Assembly: GCA_036336835.1 (NCBI GenBank)
Contig: JAYZFK010000029.1
Span: 1 to 33,095, forward strand
Direction: 5' to 3'
DNA length: 33,095 nucleotides
From: Myxococcota bacterium
GTDB lineage: Bacteria; Myxococcota_A; UBA9160; UBA4427
Of the stretch, positions 18,038 through 26,755 are shown piece by piece (position 1 is the first letter of the stretch; each line of letters starts with the position of its first letter). Under the pieces are notes generated by a model, which was not told the DNA's origin, did no database searches, and saw only the letters and a list, made by a program, of their open reading frames with translations. A program made the translations under genes and the position numbers.

Positions 18038-18867
18038 TCGGCACGCGGGCCGTCGAGTGTCTGCTTGCCGTCGAGGGTGCGCACCGGGCATCCGAGCTCG
18101 GTCAGGATCGGCGTGCAATGGGTGATCCGTCCAGTCAGGTCGGGGTCGCGCGTCGAGCACAGCGCAAGCGAAGCCTCGGCCATCGCCTCCAGGGACTCGG
18201 CCTCGCGAACGGCGGCCTGCGGCACGACGCCGAGTGCCTGGGCGCCCTCGGTCATGACCGCGGCGAGCGGTGCCATCGAGTTGACTCGGATGCGGTCTTC
18301 GTACAGTGCGGCGGCGAGGCCCGTCGTCATGCGTTCGAGCGCGGCCTTGGTCGAGCCGTAGAGCGTCGCCGTCTTGGTGAACTCATCGTAGGGCGGACCG
18401 ACCGCGTGTCGTGACGTCGCCGACGAGATGTTGAGCACCCAGCCCTCGCCCTGTTCGCGCATTCCGGGATAGACGAGCTGCGTCAGGTGCCAGGGCGCGA
18501 AGACGTTGATCTCGTAGGCCACGCGAAGACGCTTCTGGCTGGTCGAGGCGAAGGGCAGATAGAAGGCCGCGGCGGCGTTGTTGACCAGGATGTCGATCGG
18601 ACCGAACGCCTGCTGCGCTCCGTCGACGATGCTCGGCCAGCTGTCCGGATTCGCGAGATCGCCCTGGATCGCGACCGCCTCGCCTCCGTGCTGCTCGATC
18701 CAGTCGACGGTCTCGAGCAGCGTGCCCGGGAGTGTCGGGTGAGGCTCGAGGCTGCGGGCCGTCACGGCCACCGAGGCGCCCTCTGCCGCGAATCGCTTGG
18801 CAATCGCAGCGCCGATGCCCCGGCTCGCCCCGGTGACCAGGGCGACCTTGCGTTCGAGCAGTGCCAT
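18019..18867 (-). CDS. SDR family NAD(P)-dependent oxidoreductase
   Basis: VALVTGASRGIG, DILVNNA, NISS and YGSTK catalytic motif; start MALLERK. Confidence 0.9.
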   Translation of the reverse strand: MALLERKVALVTGASRGIGAAIAKRFAAEGASVAVTARSLEPHPTLPGTLLETVDWIEQHGGEAVAIQGDLANPDSWPSIVDGAQQAFGPIDILVNNAAAAFYLPFASTSQKRLRVAYEINVFAPWHLTQLVYPGMREQGEGWVLNISSATSRHAVGPPYDEFTKTATLYGSTKAALERMTTGLAAALYEDRIRVNSMAPLAAVMTEGAQALGVVPQAAVREAESLEAMAEASLALCSTRDPDLTGRITHCTPILTELGCPVRTLDGKQTLDGPRADQAPRP

Positions 18868-18941
18868 CCGCTGCCGTCCCCTCTGCTGCGAGGTCAACGA
18901 TCCCGCGAGACACGGTACTCCAACGACGGGCGGTGGTGGGC

Positions 18942-20117
18942 TCAGCGATTCTCGAAGAGCGCGGTCGCCTGGCGGGCGGCGGCGGCGATGCGGGTCGCGG
19001 GCGCCTGGGTCGCGGCTCTCGTCTGCGACACGACCTGGTCGGTCCAGCGCATCACGGCCTGCGGCCTGGTCAGCGCGAGGCCGAGGCAGGCGGTCGCGAG
19101 GGCGAGGGCGGTGGCGGCCGCCCAGGGCCGCAGTCGCCCGCGCCGGGTTGGCTCGGGCGTGTCGGCAATCAGCACGACCGTCTCGTCGTCTCGCGGTTCG
19201 AAAATGCCCCGCTGCCGCAGCCAGTGCGCAAGCTCGGCCTGGCAGTCGGCGGGAGACGGCGTCTCGAGCAGGGCCTCGAGCTGCCGCCGGAGACAGCGCG
19301 CGGAGGCGATCCTGTGCTTTGGCTTCGCGCGCAGGCAGCGTTTGACCAATCGGGCCAGTGAGCGCGGGACGCCGCGCGCGGCGCGGCGCACGGGGCGATA
19401 GCAACCGCGCTGGATGCGTTCGGCCACGGTGGCGGCGGCCTCGCCGCTCGACTCCGAATCCTGCGGTGCGTGCGACGGGAAGGGCGGGGCCCCGGTGAGC
19501 ATCTCGTAGAGCACGCAGCCGAACGCGAAGACGTCGCTGCGTGCATCGATGCGCTCGCAGCGCAGCTGCTCGGGCGCCATGTAGGACGGAGTGCCGAGCG
19601 CTACGCCAGGCTGGGTCAACGAGGAGGCGCTCGAATCGATCGCGAGCCCGAAGTCGGTGATCTTGACCTCTCCGCTTCGGCCGAGCAGCAGGTTGGCCGG
19701 CTTGAGATCGCGGTGCAGCGTGCCGTGGGCGTGGACGGCCTCGAGTCCGCGCGCTACCTCGAGCGCCAGCAGCGACGCGATGCGCCACGGTATCGGCGCC
19801 TCGAGCAACAGCGCCATCGCGAGATCGGCGCCGTCCACGTACTCCTGGGCGATGTACTGCGCGCCGCGGTGGCTGAACAGGTCGTAGACCGCGACGACGT
19901 TCTGATGGTGCACCGCACCGGCGGAGCGCGCTTCTCGCTGGAAGCGCTCGGCTAGCTCGGACGGACCGGACAGGTCCTGCAGGATGCGTTTGAGCACCGC
20001 CGGACGGTCGAGCGTGTCCTGCCGGGCGAGCAGGACTTCGCCCATGCCGCCGCGTCCGATCTCTCCCTCGACGCGGAACCCGCCGAGTACGCGTCCAACC
20101 ATGGAAGACGTGGCCAC
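18942..20117 (-). CDS. Membrane-anchored Hanks-type Ser/Thr protein kinase
   Basis: IGRGGMGEV, AVLK, HRDLKPAN, DFG, GTPSYMAPE and SDVFAFG motifs; C-terminal TM WAAATALALATACLGLAL. Confidence 0.93.
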   Translation of the reverse strand: MATSSMVGRVLGGFRVEGEIGRGGMGEVLLARQDTLDRPAVLKRILQDLSGPSELAERFQREARSAGAVHHQNVVAVYDLFSHRGAQYIAQEYVDGADLAMALLLEAPIPWRIASLLALEVARGLEAVHAHGTLHRDLKPANLLLGRSGEVKITDFGLAIDSSASSLTQPGVALGTPSYMAPEQLRCERIDARSDVFAFGCVLYEMLTGAPPFPSHAPQDSESSGEAAATVAERIQRGCYRPVRRAARGVPRSLARLVKRCLRAKPKHRIASARCLRRQLEALLETPSPADCQAELAHWLRQRGIFEPRDDETVVLIADTPEPTRRGRLRPWAAATALALATACLGLALTRPQAVMRWTDQVVSQTRAATQAPATRIAAAARQATALFENR

Positions 20118-20133
20118 GTCGATCGTACCCGCG

Positions 20134-20526
20134 TCAGACGCCGTCGAGCGGCCAGGTGCGACCGCTGTCGCGCGGCTCGACCACGTACTGCAGCTCGCAG
20201 CCGCCGATCTCGAGGCGATCTCCGTGCGCGAGATCGCCGGCCTGCACCGCGGCGCCGTTGACCCGGACTCCGTTGGTGCTGGCCAGGTCGCGCACGCCGA
20301 AGCCGTCGGACCCCAGCTCGATCGCGGCGTGTTCGTGCGACACGGAGCGCTCGTCGAGGCGGATGCCGGAGGCCGCCGAGCGTCCGATCACGGTGCGTAC
20401 TTCGGCGAGCGGGAATTCACTGCCCGCAGCCGGGCCCTTGAGGATCGTCAGGCTCGCCCGGTTGCGCTTCAGGAAGTCCCTTGCCTCGCCGTCGGATCGA
20501 ACGCGGTGTGTGCGACCGTCGCGCAT
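20134..20526 (-). CDS. Stand-alone FHA domain protein
   Basis: IGR, SVSHEHA and DLASTNGVRVNG FHA motifs; SD GGGAGG. Confidence 0.9.
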   Translation of the reverse strand: MRDGRTHRVRSDGEARDFLKRNRASLTILKGPAAGSEFPLAEVRTVIGRSAASGIRLDERSVSHEHAAIELGSDGFGVRDLASTNGVRVNGAAVQAGDLAHGDRLEIGGCELQYVVEPRDSGRTWPLDGV

Positions 20527-20632
20527 CGTTGCTGCCTCCCGATCTCTCGACCACTCGTGCCAGCATCCCGCGCGCGCGCTGTACGCAGCGGGCCCTGCGT
20601 GGAACCTCTCGGCTCCATCGGCAGGTAGGCCC

Positions 20633-20648
20633 GGTGACGCGAGTCACC
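20633..20648. promoter_or_regulatory. Palindrome resembling a CRP/FNR-family operator
   Basis: GGTGA-CGCGAG-TCACC (core GTGA-N6-TCAC) in the divergent intergenic region between the FHA gene and the fused spermidine-synthase gene. Confidence 0.4.
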
Positions 20649-20752
20649 TTCGCGTGCACGTCGCAATAACGTGCGCAAGAGACGTGTAGTACGTCGGCAA
20701 GCGGCCCCGAGTCGCCCGGATGCAGCCACACCGCGTGCTACGCTGCTTGGCT

Positions 20753-23401
20753 ATGTCGCCGTCGTCCTCGACCGCTGACGCCGCGATCGGTCGGGGCAGC
20801 ACTGCGCTGATCCTCCTGTTCTTCGTGTCCGGTGCCGCGAGCCTGGTGTACGAGGCGGTGTGGAACCGGCTCCTGGTCCTGCAGATGGGCAACACCGCCT
20901 ACGCACTGACCACGATCTTGACCGTGTTCATGGGCGGGCTCGCGCTCGGAAGCTATGTCGGCGGTCGCCTGGTGTCGCGGTTGCGCGATCCGCTCCGAAC
21001 CTATGGCTTTCTCGAGCTCGGCATCGGGCTCTACTGCGCCCTGGTGCCTACCTGGATCGACGCCCTCGAGCCGATCATGCGCTTCGTCTACAACGGCTAC
21101 TACGGCTCGCTCGCCGCATTCAGCTTCTTCCAGTTCCTGGCTTGCGGCGCAGTGCTGCTGCTGCCGGTCACGGCGATGGGTGCGACGCTGCCGATCGTGA
21201 CCGACTTCGTCGCTCGCCGTTCGGGCGGGGTGTCGACGTCGGTCGGGCTGGCCTACGGGATCAACACCTTCGGCGGATTCGTAGGGGTGATGATCGGTGG
21301 GTTGCTGCTGATTCCGGCGCTCGGCCTGGCGAGCGCCAACTGGGTGGCGGCATCCCTGAGCGCGTCGGCGGGACTGGCCGCACTGGGCATCTCCCATTGG
21401 CTCGGTCCGCCGGAGCCGCGCGCGGCCGTCGCGGCGGCGGCCACGCCGGCCACAGCGTCCGACGAGTCGCCGATTCCGACGCCGCTGCTGCTGCTGGCGC
21501 TCGCGGCCAGTGGCTTCGCCGCGATGACCTACCAGGTTGCGTGGACGCGGGTGATCACGCTCTCGATCGGCTCGGTCACGTATTCGTTTCCGCTGATCGT
21601 CGGCGCGTTCATCGGAGGGCTCGCGGCAGGCGCCGCAGTGCTCGGGCGCATCGGAGATCATCCCGGCCTCGGGACCCCACTGCTGGTCGGCTGTCAGATC
21701 GGGATTGCCGCAGTGGCGGCCACGACGATTCCGATGCTCGGCGATCTCCCGGTGCGGATGACCTTGACGGTGCTCCGCTACTCGGATTCGTTCGCTGCGC
21801 TCCAGTTCGCGAAGTTCACAGCGGTCTTCGCCGTGGTGTTTGCGCCGACCTTCCTGATGGGCGGGATGCTCCCGCTCGCAGTGCGCTCGATTGCACAGCG
21901 ATCCGGCAGCGGTGTGGGCGAGGCCGTCGGGCGCGCGTATTCGAGCAACACGTTCGGCACCATCGTCGGCGCGTTCGTCGCCGGCTTCGTTGTCGTTCCG
22001 GCAATCGGGATGCAGGGCACGATCGCGTTCGCCGTTGCAGTCAACGCCGTCGCGGGCGCCGTGCTGCTGCTCTACTCCGGCTTGATGAGCCCGCTTGCAC
22101 GCGTCGCGTCGGCCCTCGTGTCGGCGGGCGCGATCTCGTTCATTGCGTTCGCATTGCCGGACTGGAACCAGCAGATCATTACCAGCGCGCCGTACCTCCA
22201 CGCGCCGCTGTATGCCGAGGGTGCCTCGGCCGACGAACAAGACGTCCTTCGGTCGCTCGAGCGCAAGGCCGATATCATTTACTACCGCGAGGACTTCGCG
22301 ACGACCGTCACCGTCCTGTTCGACGGGCGCGAACGCTATCTCTATGTAGGTGGCAAGCTCGACGCGCTCGGCCAGAGCCCGTCTCAGAGCCTGCTCGGAC
22401 ACCTGCCGATGCTGCTTCATCCCCGCCCCGAGCGGGTCCTCGTGATCGGGCTCGGCAGCTCGGAGACGCTCGCGTCGACGCTGCGGCATCCCTCGGTGCG
22501 CGAGGTCGACTGCATCGAGATCTCGCCGGCCGTGGTCGAAGCCGCGGGCCGGTACTTCCAGCCGGAGCGCCGTCCGCTCGAGGATCCGCGCGTCGCGCTG
22601 CGCGTCGGCGACGGCCGCGTGCACATGGCGATGACCGATCAGCGCTACGACGTGATCGTCTCCCAGCCGGGCAATCCTTGGATGGCGGGAGCCTCGGCAC
22701 TCTTCACGCGTGAGTACTTCCAGCAGATGAAGCAGCGGCTCGCACCGGGCGGCGTGGTAGGCGTCTGGGTTCAGGGGTTCTCGGCGTCCCCGGAGAGCGT
22801 GAACGCCCTGATCGGAACCTTCACCTCGGTGTTCGAGCACGCCGACCTGTGGGAGACCCGCGTGCTCGGCGACTACATACTGACCGGGTACGACTCGCCG
22901 CGCGACTTCGATCTGGCGGCGTTGGACGCTCGGATGCGAGGGGGCGACGTCGCGCAGGGGCTCGCGTGGCAGAAGATCGAGGACGCCGCCGATCTCGTCG
23001 GCTACTTCGTCGCGGATGGCGAGGTGGCCCGCAGGCTACCGGGCGCGGATGCGATCAACGACGACGACCGCAACTTCCTCGAGACCCGTCTGCAGCGAGA
23101 GCTGCTGATGCGGCGCGAGATCGAGGTGCTCGCGTCGATCACCGAGGCCAGGGTGGACCCGCGCTCTCGGGTCGCCGAAGCCAGCCGCCCCAACGCCAGG
23201 CAGCGGGCGCTGGCAGCGCGCCTCGAACGCATCGTCGAGTCGAAATGGCTCGTGCGCGATGCCTGGGCCGCGCGGAGCGCCGGGGAACGTCTCGCCGAAC
23301 AGGGGCAGATCGTCGAGGCACTGGCCGAGGATCGCCGCTACCGCGCGCTGCTCGAGCAGATTCGTTCGCTCAATCCGCGCGAGGCGCTGCTCGATCGCTA
23401 G
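20753..23401 (+). CDS. Fused MFS-like membrane domain/spermidine synthase-like protein
   Basis: Two repeats of the multi-TM unit (FFVSGAASLVYE...MGATLP; SGFAAMTYQ...MGGMLP), then RVLVIGLGS, IEISP, GDGR, YDVIVSQP and LFTREYF. Confidence 0.9.
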   Translation: MSPSSSTADAAIGRGSTALILLFFVSGAASLVYEAVWNRLLVLQMGNTAYALTTILTVFMGGLALGSYVGGRLVSRLRDPLRTYGFLELGIGLYCALVPTWIDALEPIMRFVYNGYYGSLAAFSFFQFLACGAVLLLPVTAMGATLPIVTDFVARRSGGVSTSVGLAYGINTFGGFVGVMIGGLLLIPALGLASANWVAASLSASAGLAALGISHWLGPPEPRAAVAAAATPATASDESPIPTPLLLLALAASGFAAMTYQVAWTRVITLSIGSVTYSFPLIVGAFIGGLAAGAAVLGRIGDHPGLGTPLLVGCQIGIAAVAATTIPMLGDLPVRMTLTVLRYSDSFAALQFAKFTAVFAVVFAPTFLMGGMLPLAVRSIAQRSGSGVGEAVGRAYSSNTFGTIVGAFVAGFVVVPAIGMQGTIAFAVAVNAVAGAVLLLYSGLMSPLARVASALVSAGAISFIAFALPDWNQQIITSAPYLHAPLYAEGASADEQDVLRSLERKADIIYYREDFATTVTVLFDGRERYLYVGGKLDALGQSPSQSLLGHLPMLLHPRPERVLVIGLGSSETLASTLRHPSVREVDCIEISPAVVEAAGRYFQPERRPLEDPRVALRVGDGRVHMAMTDQRYDVIVSQPGNPWMAGASALFTREYFQQMKQRLAPGGVVGVWVQGFSASPESVNALIGTFTSVFEHADLWETRVLGDYILTGYDSPRDFDLAALDARMRGGDVAQGLAWQKIEDAADLVGYFVADGEVARRLPGADAINDDDRNFLETRLQRELLMRREIEVLASITEARVDPRSRVAEASRPNARQRALAARLERIVESKWLVRDAWAARSAGERLAEQGQIVEALAEDRRYRALLEQIRSLNPREALLDR

Positions 23402-23407
23402 GTCGTG

Positions 23408-24175
23408 TCACCGATCCGATTCCGGCCGCCGACGGTCGCGGCGTAACTGTCGCCGTACGACGAGCACGTCCCACGCGGCCTTGAAGATCTCCGCGGTCTC
23501 GATCTTGGACTTCCCGGCGTGCCGATCGACGAAACGGATGGGTGTCTCCGAGATCGAGAAGCCCGAGTGGTCGACGCGCCACACCATCTGTTCGAGGAAC
23601 GAATAGCCCGACGCGCGAATCGAGAACACGTCGGCTCCTTCGAGCACCTCCCGCCGGTAGCCTCGGTAGCCGGACGTGCAGTCGCGGTACGGAAGACCGA
23701 GCAGCGTGCGCGTGTACCAGTTGGCAAAGCGCGAGAGCAGGCGCCGGTGCAGTGGCCAGTTGGCGACGCCGCCGCCCGGCATGTAGCGCGAGCCGATCAC
23801 CATGTCGTGCGCGTCGAGCGCCGCCAGCATGGGGCCGAGGTCGTCGGCATCGTGGCTGCCGTCGCCGTCCATCGTGAAGATGCGATCGAACCCGCGGTCG
23901 AGTCCGAAACGGAACCCGGCCTGGTGGGCGGAGCCGATCCCCTGCTTGCCGACTCGACGCAGCACGTGCACGGGCCGCTCGGGTGCCGAGAGCCGTTCGA
24001 TGGCGTCAGCGGTGCCGTCGGGACTGGCGTCGTCGACCACCAGCACCTCGATCTCGGAATGGCCCTCCTGCAGGGCGCGGATCAGGGGCGGCGCAGTCTC
24101 GACCTCGTTGTAGGTCGGGATCACGATGAGCGTTCGCCGCCCGGTTCCTCTCGCGATCGGCGGCGTGGAACGCAC
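23408..24175 (-). CDS. GT2 polyprenol monophosphomannose synthase-like glycosyltransferase
   Basis: IVIPTYNE, VVDDASPDGT, MDGDGSH, IGSRY, DCTSGYR and PIRFVDRHAGKSK motifs; start uncertain (GTG 24175 chosen). Confidence 0.88.
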   Translation of the reverse strand: MRSTPPIARGTGRRTLIVIPTYNEVETAPPLIRALQEGHSEIEVLVVDDASPDGTADAIERLSAPERPVHVLRRVGKQGIGSAHQAGFRFGLDRGFDRIFTMDGDGSHDADDLGPMLAALDAHDMVIGSRYMPGGGVANWPLHRRLLSRFANWYTRTLLGLPYRDCTSGYRGYRREVLEGADVFSIRASGYSFLEQMVWRVDHSGFSISETPIRFVDRHAGKSKIETAEIFKAAWDVLVVRRQLRRDRRRPESDR

Positions 24176-24318
24176 GTCGCGAGCGTACCCCCTCTGCGCC
24201 CGGCGGGTTGCCGGTGGGCTGCCGGCGCGTGTCGCGGGCTGGATCGCTCGGCTGGCGGCGCGCAGCGAGCGCGTTTGCTGCGCATTGCCGACGCATCGCT
24301 GCGGACCCACTGCACATC

Positions 24319-24402
24319 GGGGAAAAAGGTGCGTCTAAAGAACGATCGCGGGTCCCTTTCCCCTCAAAAAATACAACTATACGATACAGATAGGAAATTT
24401 CT
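24319..24402 (+). promoter_or_regulatory. AT-rich promoter region upstream of the four-gene cassette
   Basis: 24361-24400 has 12 G+C in 40 nt (30%) in a very GC-rich window; A-tracts, -10-like TACGAT at 24380-24385 and a GGGGAAA/TTTCCCC inverted repeat. Confidence 0.55.
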
Positions 24403-25860
24403 GTGCCGCGAGCAGTCCAACGACAGTCGTACTCGGCTGTGCCCGTCACCGTGACGAGCCGGCTGAGTCGTGCCTGGGTGAACGATCATGTCCACGTCGC
24501 GGCGTGGTTCACTGTCGCGGCGACGTTGCTCGCGCTCTACCTCTCCGCGCACTACCTGCTGCGGCCGCAGTATCTGGCCTCGCCGTCGGTCGAGCAGTCG
24601 ATTGCGGCGGCGGTCCACCTGTACTTCGTGGCCGAAGACGACGCTAAGGGTCGACTCGACTTGATGCTCGAAGGCGAGCCCGTCGCTCTGCGTCCGGACG
24701 ATCCGGGTCCGCTGGGGATCGGGCGGCTGTCGCCGGCCCGGGGTCTGCTCGCCGAGGCGCGATCGCGGCTCGCTGCGTACGACCGCCGGCTCGACGCGTT
24801 CTTGCGCGAGCTGCTCACGAGCTTCACGCCGGTCGAGGGGCGCGCTGGATGGATGCAGGCACCGCTCGAGCGCTTCGCGGGGCGCGGCTTCGAGGCCGAA
24901 GAGGGCCAGGTGGTGCGCATCCACACCGGCTCGTTGCGACCGCTGATCGATCTCGAGCCCAACGAAGCGGGAGCTCGGCGTCTGCTGCGTCTGCTGGCTC
25001 GGGCGGAGGTCCACGACCTGAGCGTCCCCACGCCGGCCAGTGCCGCGAGCGGCGCGCTCGAGGCGCTCGACCCGACCGAGGCGCCTCCGGGCGTACGAGA
25101 GAGCCTGCAGCAGATCCAGCGCGAGGCGGCGCAGCTTCGTATTCGCCTTGGCTCGCGCAGGCTCGCGCAACCGACGTCCGACGAGATCGTGAGTGCAGCC
25201 TGCGACGAGCTCGAGGAGCTGCGCGCGCCGATCGAAGACTTCTTCGGTGATGCGGTGGCGGGGGTTCCCGGCTGTGCGCCGTTCGATTCCGGCAACGGAG
25301 CGTTTTATGTCGATCCGTTCCACGCTCGCCTGGCGAGCCTGCTCGTCTCGGAGGTCGGCTTCTTCTGGACGCTTGGTCCGTGGCTCTGGCTGGAGGTGGT
25401 GCTGCTCGCCTGGCTCGGCGTGCTCACCGAGTGCCTGACGCGTCTGGGCGTTCGCTATTCGGGCGTGGATCCGGACAGGCGGCGTTGGGAGCCACGCGAG
25501 ACCGGCCGCACGCTGCTCAAGCTCGCCTATGCCCCCGCGATCGCGATGGTCGTCGTCTTGACGCTGATGATGACGGACTGGATCGAGACGGATACGCGGA
25601 TCTCAGAGGGAGGGGTTGCCGCCTTCGTACCGATTGCTTTCACGCTCGGGCTGTTTCCGAATCTGGGCTACGCGCTGCTGGAGCGGCTGGCGCGCGCGGT
25701 CTTCCAGGAGACGTCGATCGCGCGCCCGCGTCCCGGGCGCAAGCGCGTGATCACGACCGAGCACGGAACCCCGCCCATTCCGCGCGGCGCGCCTCCCGAC
25801 TTCGCGGCGGTGCGCGAGCGCATCGAGCGACACGGCACGGCGCCGTTGCGCGGCGAGTGA
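24403..25860 (+). CDS. Hypothetical membrane protein (N-terminal TM, large soluble loop, about 3 C-terminal TMs)
   Basis: Hydrophobic segments AAWFTVAATLLALYL, WLWLEVVLLAWLGVL, YAPAIAMVVVLTLMM and FVPIAFTLGLFP; start uncertain (GTG 24403/24451/24478). Confidence 0.75.
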   Translation: MPRAVQRQSYSAVPVTVTSRLSRAWVNDHVHVAAWFTVAATLLALYLSAHYLLRPQYLASPSVEQSIAAAVHLYFVAEDDAKGRLDLMLEGEPVALRPDDPGPLGIGRLSPARGLLAEARSRLAAYDRRLDAFLRELLTSFTPVEGRAGWMQAPLERFAGRGFEAEEGQVVRIHTGSLRPLIDLEPNEAGARRLLRLLARAEVHDLSVPTPASAASGALEALDPTEAPPGVRESLQQIQREAAQLRIRLGSRRLAQPTSDEIVSAACDELEELRAPIEDFFGDAVAGVPGCAPFDSGNGAFYVDPFHARLASLLVSEVGFFWTLGPWLWLEVVLLAWLGVLTECLTRLGVRYSGVDPDRRRWEPRETGRTLLKLAYAPAIAMVVVLTLMMTDWIETDTRISEGGVAAFVPIAFTLGLFPNLGYALLERLARAVFQETSIARPRPGRKRVITTEHGTPPIPRGAPPDFAAVRERIERHGTAPLRGE

Positions 25861-25870
25861 GGAGCGAGCC

Positions 25871-26734
25871 GTGAGGACGACGATCGCGCACGAGCCGCGG
25901 CGCCGACGCAGCGCGCTGCTGCTCGCGTGCGGGCTGCTGCTCGTCAGCGCGGCCGCCTGTCCGAAGCGTGAACCCGCTCGCGAGGCGCTCGACGCGATGA
26001 GCCGGACGACGCTCGAGCAGGGGCGTGTGACGCGCGAGGCGATGCACGTTCTGGTGACGCACTACTTTTCCGGGGTGAAGGCCGCGCTGCGCGCACGGGC
26101 CAGGACGCGTCGCGCCGAGCTGCGCGAGGAGATCTACCAACGGGCCCAGGACAAGGCCAATGACGTGTCCGCGATCGCGATCGCGCAGCTCGAGGCCGCG
26201 CTGGAAGGGCCGGTGGCACGGCTCGATGCGGCGCTGCGCGAGGAGCAGTCCAGGCCGCTCCGTGCGCGCTACCGCGCGAGGGAGCTCGAGCTCGCGATAC
26301 AGCTCTCGACCACCCTGGCGGCGCTCGGGCGCGAATCCGACCGGCTGGTGCAGCGGACGGCAGAGCGCACGGCGAGGGCGCGAAGCGAGGCGCTTGCGTT
26401 CGTCGACGCGAGCATGGCGGAGGTGTTGGCGGCCCCCGAGCTCGATCTCGCGCCGGAAACATTGGCGCGCGAGGTGCTGTCCGAGTTTGCGCAGGCCAGC
26501 CGCGACTACGACGCCGAGCTGGTCGCGGGGTTCGAGCAGCTCGGACGCCATGTCGACAGCTCGCGCGTGGCGGTCGAGGGCTTCTCGGCCGGTCTGTTTG
26601 GCGAGAGGCTCGGCGAGCGGATCGCCGCGCGCGCCGGCGAGCTGCTGGCGCGCGGCGAGGTCTTTCTCGCGGACGAGTTGAGCGTGCTGCGCGACCAGGC
26701 AATGAAGCGATTGGATGCACTGCCCCGATTCTGA
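25871..26734 (+). CDS. Hypothetical helical lipoprotein
   Basis: Basic n-region RRRR, hydrophobic h-region, lipobox-like AAAC; Ala/Glu/Arg/Leu-rich helical body; SD GGAG. Confidence 0.75.
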   Translation: MRTTIAHEPRRRRSALLLACGLLLVSAAACPKREPAREALDAMSRTTLEQGRVTREAMHVLVTHYFSGVKAALRARARTRRAELREEIYQRAQDKANDVSAIAIAQLEAALEGPVARLDAALREEQSRPLRARYRARELELAIQLSTTLAALGRESDRLVQRTAERTARARSEALAFVDASMAEVLAAPELDLAPETLAREVLSEFAQASRDYDAELVAGFEQLGRHVDSSRVAVEGFSAGLFGERLGERIAARAGELLARGEVFLADELSVLRDQAMKRLDALPRF

Positions 26735-26755
26735 GGGCAAGGCGGGAGAGACGAG

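Noticed and set aside
20546..20563. Sigma54-like TGGCACG upstream of the FHA gene (minus strand)
   Set aside because: The -12 GC is absent at the required GG-N10-GC spacing (reads CG).
20605..20645. Second GCCGAT (sigma28-like -10) upstream of the FHA gene
   Set aside because: No TAAA/TCAG-like -35 element at 15-nt spacing, and GCCGAT alone is common in GC-rich DNA.
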